Below are positions 1-11,920 of a DNA stretch of 64,000 nucleotides, piece by piece. Below the pieces are notes generated by a model. That model was given only the letters and a program-made list of their open reading frames with translations. It had not been told where the DNA came from and did no database searches. Location of the stretch: positions 19,198,784-19,262,783 of the forward strand of contig CM121341.1 of NCBI GenBank assembly GCA_051530055.1, written 5' to 3'. Within the stretch, counting starts at the first letter, position 1, and the number at the start of each line of letters is the position of its first letter. Made by a program: the position numbers and the translations under genes. Source of the stretch: Neoechinorhynchus agilis. Lineage: Eukaryota > Animalia > Acanthocephala.

Positions 1-792
1 CGCAAAACGTCTTTTATAAATAATCATTTACCGGGTGTTGACCTAAACAATAATTCCAATACGAAATTCATTTGGATCGAAATCGTGAACTTTCAACGTT
101 GTTGTCCAAATGTGTTTGATATTGAAATTATTGATAGAAATGTTTGCCTGAAAAGGTAAAGCATTTATTATGCATCTTATCAAATGCAAGTGATTGAAAT
201 CGATCATAAAGTAAGTACTGATACGGATATCGTCTTCGAAAAAGAGTGACTTACTTGGATACTTGAGACTTTTTTTATTTCTAAGCACTTGTCAGCCTTC
301 CTATTTAGGCGTTTTGATTGCTACTTCTAGCATTACATTTGAGTAAAAGTATCTAATGTCAATCAATATAAAGTGAAAAAATAAAAACCTGGGTTTTGAA
401 AAAAAAGCGATCTAACAGCACTTTTGGAAATTGAAAAAGCCGAATGCGTTTAAGTGAGAAATATTGCTCCAATCATGGAGTTGATCTGTTGATTGATAGG
501 ATGATAGGTCACACAAGAGTGCTTTATGAAACGCCGAAAATAACAAGGAGTTGATGGCATCATCTTCAAAGTATACAGACCGATCTGATCGGACGGATAA
601 CTTTCATGATCAATCAAGTAAATCACACTTTCCTTAGCGCGCTAATGTTTACGGTCTGCATTAGACGTCGTTATCCAAAAGTGCAGTGTATAATTTAAAA
701 CACCTCGAGAGTGCTTGAGAAGTACAACAGAAGAACATTTTATTAAAAAGACATTATGTGTGCTTCCAATAAAAATCAATAACAAAAATTAC

Positions 793-1626
793 TCAATCAA
801 TACGCCGCTTAAAAGCTCTTTCAAGGGCGTCAACAGTCATGTCCTCATCCTTTATTTTGCACTCATAGTTATCAAGTCCATGAAAGTATTTGACATGATC
901 TCTCAGCTTTGCCTCAATTGTAAAGTTTTTGACACATAAGGGACATTTTTCTGGTTTCATACCTAAAATCAGCATGAAAATTTTAAGAGCTATTTAAAAG
1001 CAAAATTTACCAAGATGTCGCATAAGATGATTTCGGTACAGATTCGCATTCCCATATTTTTTTCCGCAGGAGCATTTATAGGGGTGCTGACCCGAATGAG
1101 AATATTGGTGACATTTCAGTTCAGAAGGAGTAGAGAACGTTTTGCCACAATTCCCGCATTTGTGCGGTTTATTTTCTTTATGAGTCAGTTGGTGATAGTA
1201 AAGATTGCTTCCTGCTGTAAAAGTCTTCCCACAAACTTCGCATTTGCACGGTCGTATACCGTTGTGAATTCGAACGTGAGTATTTACAGAACTAGAAGTA
1301 GAAAACGCCCTACCGCAGATGGCACATTCAAACGGCTTCAATCCTAGACAAAACGGAATAAAAATATAAATATATAAAGGTAAGTGCATACCTGTATGAG
1401 TTCGTAGATGCCGTAGCATTAAAGAAGGTCTATCAAACGCTTTGCCACAATATATGCAACTTCGATCTTTTGATATTGTTCCCACATTTGAAACATCAAC
1501 GATTGTAAGGGAGTTGAGGCTTGCTGGTTTAGTCCAATTAACTTGCTCAGCAAGCGTTTTGGGAGAATTTTCTCGTATCTCCAAAATTTCATCGATCATG
1601 AACGTTGAATACTTTCTTTTGGTCAT
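793..1626 (-). CDS. C2H2 zinc-finger transcription factor, six fingers with N-terminal Eh1-like motif (Fez-like architecture); introns 1344-1391 and 963-1010
   Basis: FMIDEIL motif near ATG at 1626; tandem CxxC...HxxxH fingers with TGLKPF/GIRPC linkers; two 48-nt GT-AG introns remove the non-finger insert (MHLPLYIYIFIPFCL) and join the sixth finger encoded in ORF 793-975. Confidence 0.85.
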
Positions 1627-2966
1627 TGTACGCACTTTGGTAGCTTTCTGCAAACACAGTGTACTATAGTTCCTTGCATGCTCAAAGAAATCTAAGGGTC
1701 TCTTACTGATTTTGGCCTTCAACCAATAAGAATGCAGGAAACGTAATTAAGAAAATTAACACTTATTTGCCACTCAAGGGAATTTGACCTTCGTCTACTT
1801 CGACGTACAATATTATCAGTTACAAATTACTTTCACGTAATCCAACCCTTGAACATATAATTAATTTCTTTGACAACGAGAGTGATATTCCCTAAGGGAG
1901 ACGGTTTTGACCTAAGCATCCAGTACAAATATACAATGCTTTGTCTCCCTGGAGAAGGATATAATAAAAAGATTGAGAAATTATGCAATCGACATTTCTA
2001 AAATATCGGTCAATCTTTAGGATTAAATTACGTTACACTGGAAATTATGCTCAACCTGAAATTAAGCATGAATTATTCCTCCGCGTTTAAAATATCTAAA
2101 GCTTGCGGAATAGGCTTATTTCGAATCTTTGAACTTGATTGATTAATATAAACTCGCTCCATGAGGCGTACTTCAAATAGAAACCTAATTTCAGTAATGA
2201 CTCACGGACACCTACAATACGTCCACTTGACTTGCGTAATTGACTGTTAGTGAGTACTAGCAACCTCATTGAACATAGCGGCATCATTGGTCAGCATTTT
2301 TAGCACATATGCTCGAAATGTGAATTATGGTGTAAATTACACAGAAAAGGTAATTTTGCAGAGTGACCGATAACTCTGAATTTGACGCGTTTCACTAGGC
2401 TGTTTGAAAAGCTAATAGCTTAACTGGCATACAGAATGCTAAATAAATACCAATCGTACGACTGAGAGCGTTATAGGTTTAACTCTTTAAAAGAATCGAC
2501 ACACACTTCTCAAACTTCACTGTTCAGAAGAGTACGGGTTTTGATGAAGTTGAAATTGGATTTTTTAACTAAAAGATTTCGAAACCGATTGTTGTTTTAC
2601 ACCAAAAATAGAATTTTCCGATAAAAAATCATCGGCCTTTGCTTCAGTGTGCTCAAGAATCGCCCTTTTTCATATTCGACCGTATTTCTCTTCTAATCAT
2701 TAAGCAATATGAACGGCGATAATAGATATTCATGTCGAAGCAATGTTCGGACTCTGGCGCGTTTTCGACTGTTTTCACTGTAAGACGAAGAAAACATAGA
2801 TCGTTATGAGGACAATAGATTGTAAAATAAGTATTCATGGCGGAAATATAAAAAAATTAAGATTCAACGCATTGTGTTTCAGATTGGGAGGAAAAAGACA
2901 AAGCTAAAGGATTGAAGAGAAGACTTTCAAAACGTCGACATTTATTTTACTTTCCCATTGCAGAGC

Positions 2967-3941
2967 TTAGCACTGTTTTCGTGGCGCAAATATTTTTTGG
3001 AGTTCGTCGTAAAGTACTAAGACCAGCGAGCTTCCAATGCTTCTGACGATATTTGAGAAATTTCCTTTAAAGAATGCAGCGCTGCCTTCATTGACAAGAA
3101 TCTTTCTCGCGCAGTCGACTGTACCGGCATAAATGATCTCATTTCGTCCACTTTGCATCATCAACCGTCTTCGCACGGTATCCAGAGGATACGCGAACGT
3201 TTCTGAAGTTGTGGTAATGAATTGTGCAAAAGCGAATCTAACTATAATGCTCGATTGGTCGGCTTTTTCCTTCGAGCCGAACATGAGCATTTTCCCGGCG
3301 TCATATCCGCCAAAGTAGAATGCGCGATAAACGAATATACCGAGAACGCTGATGTTGAATCCGCGATACAGACCCGATAGACCGTCTGATTTATAAATCT
3401 TCACTAAACAGTCCATAGTTCCCGTAAATTGTCGTTCGTGGAGTGCTCTTCCGATGTCTACACCAAGACGAGTTCGAGCAAAGTCAAGCGGATAGACGAA
3501 AAGAAGCGAGGTGGCGCCAGCCATTCCGCCAGTGAACAGATTTCCCATAAAGAATTTAGTTTTGTCAGATTGAGCAGTGTACGGATTGAATTTCCCGTAA
3601 AAGTCCTTGAACGAGAAATTTAGGGCTTGAGTTGGGAAATATCTGACTACGTTGACTACATTTCCTCTCCAGAGTGAAAGGACGCCCTCTTCCCGAACAC
3701 AACGAACAAAACAATCGCCAATACCCTTGTACTTCCGAGCACCAATGGCAGCATTAGCGTCCTGCGTTTGAAGCAATAGCTTGACTCTTTCAATGGGCGC
3801 GGCTACTGTTTTGGCAATAGCGCCGGCCGTACCGCCAATCATGAAATCCATCAAAAACTTTCTGGTTCCAGGCGAAATAAGACTCGGCTTTACGGTTGAT
3901 TCCTCAACTGGTTCGGTTCGGGCATACAGGACCTTGTACAT
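2967..3941 (-). CDS. ANT: Mitochondrial ADP/ATP carrier (SLC25 family), intronless
   Basis: Three carrier repeats ([25 protein letters not shown]) and an RRRLMM variant of the AAC signature RRRMMM. Confidence 0.97.
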   Translation of the reverse strand: MYKVLYARTEPVEESTVKPSLISPGTRKFLMDFMIGGTAGAIAKTVAAPIERVKLLLQTQDANAAIGARKYKGIGDCFVRCVREEGVLSLWRGNVVNVVRYFPTQALNFSFKDFYGKFNPYTAQSDKTKFFMGNLFTGGMAGATSLLFVYPLDFARTRLGVDIGRALHERQFTGTMDCLVKIYKSDGLSGLYRGFNISVLGIFVYRAFYFGGYDAGKMLMFGSKEKADQSSIIVRFAFAQFITTTSETFAYPLDTVRRRLMMQSGRNEIIYAGTVDCARKILVNEGSAAFFKGNFSNIVRSIGSSLVLVLYDELQKIFAPRKQC

Positions 3942-5372
3942 CGTCTATAAAATGGAGGGAAAAGTTAGTACACTTTAATCGAACCAAGTGAATAGCGTAT
4001 GTTATCGTAGTCAAACGCCACTCTTAAATCGCCAAATTTCCCGAAACTATTGCGATCCAACAAAGTCTTCTTGTTTGGTGTTGCCCTTCGGGAACGAAAA
4101 TCAGCATTTTAGGAAGATGGCAGAAAGAACTTGATCTAATTTTGTCGTCATTCTCTAAGAAACACTATTTCATGGAGCATTTCAGCGAAAAGTGGATTGG
4201 TTTCGGAAAATGAACTTTTCTTCTTCATTGAGAAAAGGCCCATCTCAGCGACGCCGTCGTTTCTTACAATGCTCTCGCGTTGTTCTTCAAAAGATTATGT
4301 CTCAGCGTCTGCGTGCCATTCATGTACGCGGTTGCTGGATTATGCACCACGCCATGAATTCTCACATTGCTCATTGACGTGAGTCTTTTACCATAAAATC
4401 ATATCATCTGATGTGGATTACCAAAAGTGATGGAAACCCAATTTTGTTAAAAAAATTTAAATGGAGATAAAACCAAAATGGAAGTCGTCCTTTTGATGAT
4501 TACACCAGGAGACGGCAACTGAACGATTCAGAGCGATGCCGTTGATCTAAATCAAACTCTTCTTGTTCCCTACTAGCTTTTATGTTTAATTATATAGATT
4601 TAGGTATTGTACATTACTATTTGCAAAATGTTATGTGACCTAAAACTATGGCGCCCGTTCAATTTTTTTAACTGAATCCATCTGAATTTTTATAAACTTA
4701 AATAGCTCCTAAAACATGCTTGTCGATCTTCGCTTTAAAAGTGTTTTGAGCAAAAACCAAAAATAGTCATCGTCGCTTAGATTCAATGATGGGTTTTTCT
4801 GATCGCATTATTAGACCAACAAAATTCATATATTCAGTCACTGAGTTTAAATTTTCGAATAACCAATGATTCGCTTCTATATGAAGGCAGGAAACGTTAA
4901 AACGAACGATTGGATCGCAAGCTCGTGCTCTTATTATGCACATTCATAATAATCGCGTAAGAGGAAAGATGGAAACAGCTTTTATACGGCGAAACATCCG
5001 CTTCCGCTAATTTGCGGATCAAATGGAAGGAAAACACGAAAATAATGGGAAACGTTAAGTATTTTCAGCAATAAAGATCATTGATTCCAATTTTTAAATC
5101 ATAATATTAGTCCGGTTCCAGCACTTAGCCATTGCACTCAGCAAATTTTTGATATTCCACAAAATATTCAAAGAAAGGTAAAACAACAAATTATAAAAAT
5201 TACAGCAAGTCAACAGATTTCTACTTTCCCTTGTATTTTTCTTAACGTTGCGATCAAATTATACTCGAATAAAATAATTGAACGAGTGTAGATAGAAATT
5301 TAACTGTTCTGGGTGTCCGACCTTTCTCTTCCTCGAATCTATTTTTGTAGCTGTAGCCGATGTCCAGTAGCG

Positions 5373-7582
5373 TTAAAAGACTGAACGGTCTCGTTGTTTT
5401 CGACGACTCCACATTTTGAACGTGTAGATTGAAAATCCGAAAAATGCGATAATCAACGATGAGGCAAGGGTAAAAATAAAAAACGGGTTCTGTGTCAAAC
5501 TTTGTAGAATAAAATCCGTCTCTTTATCAACTAATCTTCTTTGTAAACTTTTGAATCCCTCAGAAGCTTTACGGATAAATTCCGTCTTATTGATGGAATT
5601 ATCGCCTACAGCCAAAATAACTTATCCGGTCACGTTTAAAGAATTCTGGCCTTTAAGATATGAAATATCCTTTGCCTTCAATATAACCGCATAAAATACA
5701 GTCGGTGGTTTACTTTCGGTAAAGTTCGAATTTGTGGGAGTTATTCACTCGTTGAACGAACATTATACTCAATTGGTGTTTGTAGCTGGATGAAATCAAG
5801 ACTTCGACTCGGTGGCCATCCATATCCTTGACAGTAAATTCGCAGGGCTGCCTTTGTTGAACATCACGATTTATGAAGTGAACGTTTTCCTTGAAGAAAA
5901 ATCTCGGAGGATTGTCGTTAGTATTCTCAACAAAGAATCTCACCCGCGCTCTATCAGTAAGCGGTTTCGGGTGGCCAAAATCATGGACGCAAACGTCAGT
6001 AGCATAGACGGGAATTTCTTCATAATCCACAAAATTCGATAGCTTTATAGTACCGGTTTGATCGATGGAAAACGGCAAAACTCTTTGAATGTCTTTGCGT
6101 TTTCCAACAGGGAAGCAAAAACTGAAACTTAGTTTCGCGTTGTCGCCCACATCAAGATCAATTGCGGATACGTGTCCAATCGTTGTTCCAGGTACCGCGT
6201 CCTCGTTGACTTTAAAGACATAGGATTTTTGATTAAACGAAGGACAATTATCGTTAACGTCGACGACACAAAGTCTCAAAGCTTCGATTGTTTTCCTTGG
6301 CGGTTGACCATTGTCGCTCAGTTTAACTTTTAATTCAAAACATGTGTCGTTATTTTCCCGATCGAATTGACGGATTGTTTTTAGAAATCCATCTCGCGTC
6401 AGATTAAATTCAGCGGAATAATCTAAGAGAGCATAACTAATACTTGAGTTTTGGCCGTTGTCTAAATCCGTCGCATTAAGTTTAACCACAGTTGTACCCA
6501 CAAATATATCTTCTCTAAAGTCGATCTGACTGGGAAAATCTCCAATGGGGGCATTGTCATTGACATCCAGGACATTGACATCGAACTTAACGATCGTTTC
6601 GTAAAATGGATGCGAGATGTCAGTAGCAAGAACACTGCATTCGTAGTACGACCGATTTTCTCGATCAAGTCGATTTGCAATCAGTGAGTATTCCCCGAGG
6701 TCGTCGTTGAAGGGCACGGCTCAGAGGGCGTCACAATCGAACTTTAAGGTCCATCGAGAGTATTCAGAAGGTTTATCAGGATCTCGTATAACCATTTCGC
6801 TTATTTGAGTGTGAAACGGCACATCTTCGCTAATAGCAATCAATAGGCGTCCACTTGGAAGCAATTCAGAATCAAAGAAACTTATGGTAATCAACGAAGG
6901 ATTATCGTTTATGTCTATAATCTCAACTATGACGGTGCACAGAGCAGGCAGTGATCCTTCGGATACTTCACGGACTCTCACTTCGATTTCATATCTGGAT
7001 GAAGTCTCGTAATCCAACTTGCCGACCAGGTACTAGGAACCACTTTGATGATCAATGTCAAATAGTGGACCATCGTTGTGTGACGAAATTGAAATAATTG
7101 AATAATGCAGTGTTCCGTATTTCGGCGAATCTTTATCCATTGCACTAACAACCGCGATGACTTTTGAGATTTCGACGTCTTCTCTAACCTGGATGACTTG
7201 CTTCGCTGGATCGCATTGTGGTTCATTGTTATTCACGTCGTCAATAATCACGGTGATATCGATTTCTGAACGCAGATTTGACCTGCCGTTATCCAAAGCC
7301 ACCAGTCGAAATAGATACTCTGCCACGTTTTCACTTCGAGGCTTGGAATGTTCTCTACCAATCGAAATATATTTGAAAAAATGTATGACTGATTGCTTCT
7401 GGATCGCTTTGCTTGTCGAACAGATAATAAGCGATTGGTGAATTATTACCTTGATTCCTGTTCCTTGCTGTAGGCAGTCGTTCTTGGTATCCGATTGGTG
7501 CATTTTCCAAAATATGGATTGTGTACGATTTTTGATCGAATTGAGGTGCATTATCGTTTGCATCTAATATTCTCATTTGCAC
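5373..7582 (-). pseudogene. Protocadherin-like gene broken by in-frame stops and frameshifts
   Basis: Repeated cadherin motifs (DxNDNAP, LDRE, LDYE, AxDxD) and a C-terminal TM segment (FFIFTLASSLIIAFFGFSIY); in-frame TAG at 7033-7035 (QSGS*YLVGKLDYE) and TGA at 6721-6723 (DAL*AVPF); frame changes near 7400 and 5700. Confidence 0.8.
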
Positions 7583-8694
7583 CGTTTGTTTTTCGTTGTT
7601 TAATCCTTTGAAGCTCCGGTCGATCGATTAAGACTGATCATTTGTTCCAAATGTGATTCATAAAGTTCGCTGATGTGAAAGTCACATTTTTTATGGTGGC
7701 AGGCATTGCCGTGTCGAATTTCTGATGGTATAAACACGAGTTGAAAAAATAGTACTAAAACGTTCAAGTTGAACATTTTTATCTCCTGAAAACAAACTAG
7801 GAGGGTCTTTAAAAAGATGAAAATGGGGATTCGGTATCATGGGTAGCGGTGGGCGTTTCTCGTGTATATATCTCGAATCTTAGCGTTCGGAATGACAGGT
7901 TGGCACATTGATATTGCCTTATTTCTAGACAATAATTAGATTATGTCCGGACGAATAGATGCAGAATTTCTGTGGTTAGGAGCAACAACTGTCGCTTTGC
8001 TACCAATTTTATCCTTTTAAGACATTGATGCAACGCTATTATAATTTTATTGCTGATGTGTTGTTCAATAGATTGAATTCTAATCGCTGGTTTAAATCGC
8101 CTCTCAAACAAAAATTCAATGTATAACGAATAGGTATCAGAGATGCTTGATTACTCGAGATTCGGTAAGCGCACTTTTGATTAATGGTTTAATCATTTGA
8201 AGGCGGCACTTGAGCGAGTGGGTGTAAAGATCAAAGAGTATTGTATAGCTGATATAGTTTTTAAGGTTCTAAAGAACCTGAGCAATCAGATTTACTGGAA
8301 TGAGCAAATGGTTGGATGCTGGTCTAGACACCTGCCAGGTGAGACAATCCCCAACGTCGTTAATGTATTGTCCCTTATTTATGAAGAATCTTATCCTGAA
8401 AAATTTTCCCCTTCCAAATTGAATAATACAAAGATTTTTCGGGAGGAAATTATTCCTTTTCAGATTCAGAAGATTTTCTGGGACTTTAAACGATGCGGTA
8501 CTGGCATTAGAGCGATGCTTTAAAATAACCAAGATGTATCAGGTTGATGTACGAGTGTTAAAAGATTTCTATATGGCATATTCTTTTTCTTAAACTGAAT
8601 ATTGATAAAGCAAGTTTAAAAATCATCAAGATAAACTCCTTCGCGATGATAGAGTTGGAGATGAGGTGATCTCATATCGTAGAAAACTTGCAAA

Positions 8695-8785
8695 TAATGA
8701 CTGATGAGGCTTACTCGCGAAATATTTCAATTCAAAAAATATTTTCTATTCGGGATTATGATAACCACATCTGCAAGTTTAGAAA
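8695..8785 (+). ncRNA. Degenerate hammerhead-like motif of the dispersed Penelope-like repeat
   Basis: atga-CTGATGA-ggcttactcgc-GAAA-tatttc; stem II has lost GAGG relative to other copies; downstream cgggattatg resembles the family sequence. Confidence 0.5.
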
Positions 8786-11159
8786 TGTTTGGTACTTTTT
8801 AGTCATGTACAGTGAGTAGCGTATCTAACTAAACAGGAGTCTTTCTAAATTAACAACGATGTTGGAAAAATTGATTTAATATGCATTATGCTTATTTAAA
8901 ACACAAGAAACCTCATAATTACCTTCAACGATTCAGGTATTAAAAATTACGAGCATGTTTGCTGATTGGCCAGAGTGGTACTAGTTAATAATTTCCATTC
9001 AGTAATTATTAGTTATCTTAGCGAATTATTATTTCTAGCATTAAAAACGTCTTTTTGTTAAAAAAATTTAATTTTATTTAAATTTTAACGGGTCATGATT
9101 AAGGCACATTGTTGGATTCAAAGAATCGATTGTCTCTTGCAATAAAGTCTAGGACAATCAAGAAGTAGCAAGATTGATTTTTTTAAATAATAAAATTTAA
9201 TAGGTTTTACAATAATAAAGCACAAAACGTGCAATCACCACCGTCCGAAAAATTGGAGCTTCTCTCCTTCCTCGGCTGTCGTTATCACGCTGATTGATTG
9301 TTGCAACAAGTGAAGAAGCTGGAGCGCATTAGCGGCGTGATTAAAGAACGATATTAATAAATTATGGGGTTTGTCTCAATATATTTAAATTATTGATCTT
9401 AGGAACATTTTCGCTCTTGTTATTACGGTAATCGGTAGCAAAGTCCTGATAGTATGGCGATAGAATTTTTGTGTCAGCAATTTATTAGTTCTCATATTTT
9501 AAAATGTCATTTTGACGTATGCCAAGCAGAAAATCAAGCACAGTAAAAGATGATATTTTTATTGATTATTTATACCAAGTGATAGAAATTCAAAGTCACA
9601 ATTATCACCATATTTCGCTCTTGTTTCCTATTTTTAGCCTTTTGAATAGAGAAATATTCGGGTTGATTTCTTTCACTTTATTTTTCATAGTAGAAGTAAA
9701 ACGATTGCTTACGCAAAACTTAAATACAATAATTGACAATCCATATTTGGAAACTAAATAAGTTATGTTCCCGATTGAACACGTTAGACATTTGAAGTAA
9801 TTTATAACAAACATTCTTTGAGTAGAATTTCGTTAAATTTGAACATGTTTTTGGTCTGAATTTTTCCTAATCTATACAACAAATTACACCGCAAAGACAA
9901 CAAATTTGTGAGTGTTAGCCCGACCGTATTTTCAAAATCAACCGCATAAAAGAAGCTACCGTAGTGCTCGCTGATCACCGTAAAATAAGTTACAAAGTTT
10001 TACGTTCAATTGTGAAGTATAATCTCTTATTTTTCACTGACAAATCAACGCAGAAATAGCATTTGTGGAAAATCGACTTTAAATACATGGTTTTTGGCCA
10101 AGCCAAATAAAGAAAAATGATTTAATTTGATTCGGGACTTCTTCAGAATTGTTTAAGTGTTGTATTCTCACTAAGTGTGCGTCCGAGAGCCAGTGATGAA
10201 AATCTAAATCATTTGATGAAATTTGGAGCTATTAATTCGCCTTTAATGTAATTTTAAGTTCCAAAAACTATCGTTTCTTATCTTCGATAGGTTGAAATGC
10301 CGAACGAAACAAAATCATAACGAGTGCATTCGTCAAAAACAATTGCTTCGATATTCCCCTGAATTGGTGTTCCTTGGAGAAATGAATGTACTGGCGATTC
10401 TTTACGGACCAGTTGAAAGTGGCATGGTCATAAGTGTGGTTCCATTCCTACAATGAAATCGCAACCACGTTTGTTTATAAACTCAGAAAAAAGTAATTTT
10501 TCATAATTTTGCGTGGTTTATTAAGCGATAAAACCGAGAGACTTTTGAAACATTACCATACAAATTGTTAAAAGTAAGACGATTATTCGGACACGGCCAA
10601 AATAAACGCTGTTGCCTTTATGACAAAAATGACGAAAAAGCACATCTATTATATCAGATAAGCCCGAAGAGATTGTCTATATCCCTAATCTACTAAAACT
10701 CCAGTTGAACGGCAAAACAACGTTGTTGTTTATCGGAAAGCTTGGCTATCGACTCAGATATCGAGTGCAAATAGCCACATCGGAACATTTTAGATTTGAT
10801 TGGTTCTTGGTTTTGGAACACATTTCCATTTTGATTTTATTTCTTTATAGCACCTTGCGTCTCTAAGGTTTAAAAAAGTACGATTAATCATAAGGTTTCA
10901 TAGGCCAAAGAGAATCTCAACCAAAAGAGAGTTGTTGAATCGAAGTTCCTAAGCAAAAATGTACACTGAGGTGAGACACAGTATGCATTTTGGAATAAAG
11001 CTTTCCCATATTACTTTAGCGAACCTACGATACTACTTTTATTGTGCAATTCAATTATGAGATAGATGAGAAACCATTTTAAAATAAAATTGTATTTGCC
11101 ACCTAATGTATACCAGTTTCAATTTGAAATATTTTTTAAAACATAATTCGTTTAACGTC

Positions 11160-11850
11160 GTAAACACTTGCGAACAACACATCCAGCAGGAACATCCTCA
11201 TCCTTCGGTCGGAGTAATCCTTGGGGAGTCCTGCCCTTCCTAACCACAAACGAACCATCATCTCCTTCCAGAATTATGCAACTGTACTCAACTTCTACTG
11301 CTTTACTTCCCATGATTTCTGCGTATGATATCCTCATGCTCCTTTGGAAACTACCACGTAAATCTTCCACTATCTTTCCCATTCCCAATTGGGCTTTACA
11401 CTTTATTATCCCAGTTTTAATTGACCCTCAGACTCATATAATCAACCAAAGTTTCATGACTGGAATCTTCCCTAATTGCCTTAAAGAGCTCTGGCAACCT
11501 TGCTCCTGCAGGGAGGCTAACTAATATCCACCTAAAATTTTCCGGCCATCTCCATCTTACCTTCCATCTCAAAAGTCAATTCTCTTCGTCATAATCTTTA
11601 TGCACGCCCTTCATTTATCTCTCGACCCATCCGAATCGACATTTATAAAGCTTTTGATTCCATTGATCACAATCTTCTCCTTGAGTCATGATTTAAGTTT
11701 CGTCTTGCCGCCCGGCAAATCAAGTGGTTGAAATCATTCCTAACAAAGTGATTTTTATCGCGATACGTTTGCTTACAATTGTTTAAAACTTTTGAAGTCG
11801 AGTTGCGTTTGTAATGCACAAGCAGTGAGGATAATGACATTCTACATACG
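11160..11850 (+). mobile_element. Degenerate L2/CR1-like LINE reverse transcriptase fragment
   Basis: LWKLPRKSS..IPNW..LIDPQTHIINQSFMTGIFPNCLK and later IKWLKSFLT match motifs of the pre-RT/RT region of APE-type LINEs; multiple frameshifts. Confidence 0.6.
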
Positions 11851-11920
11851 CTGACTATAGTGACACATTCCAATCAAATAAGGCGGATTACAGACTAAAA
11901 CTCAGAAATCCTGCGAAACA

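Noticed and set aside
10290-10460. Minus-strand HSFLQ...AIVFDEC as a Helitron/PIF1 Walker B remnant
   Set aside because: No Walker A or other helicase motifs in frame; the surrounding frames are closed
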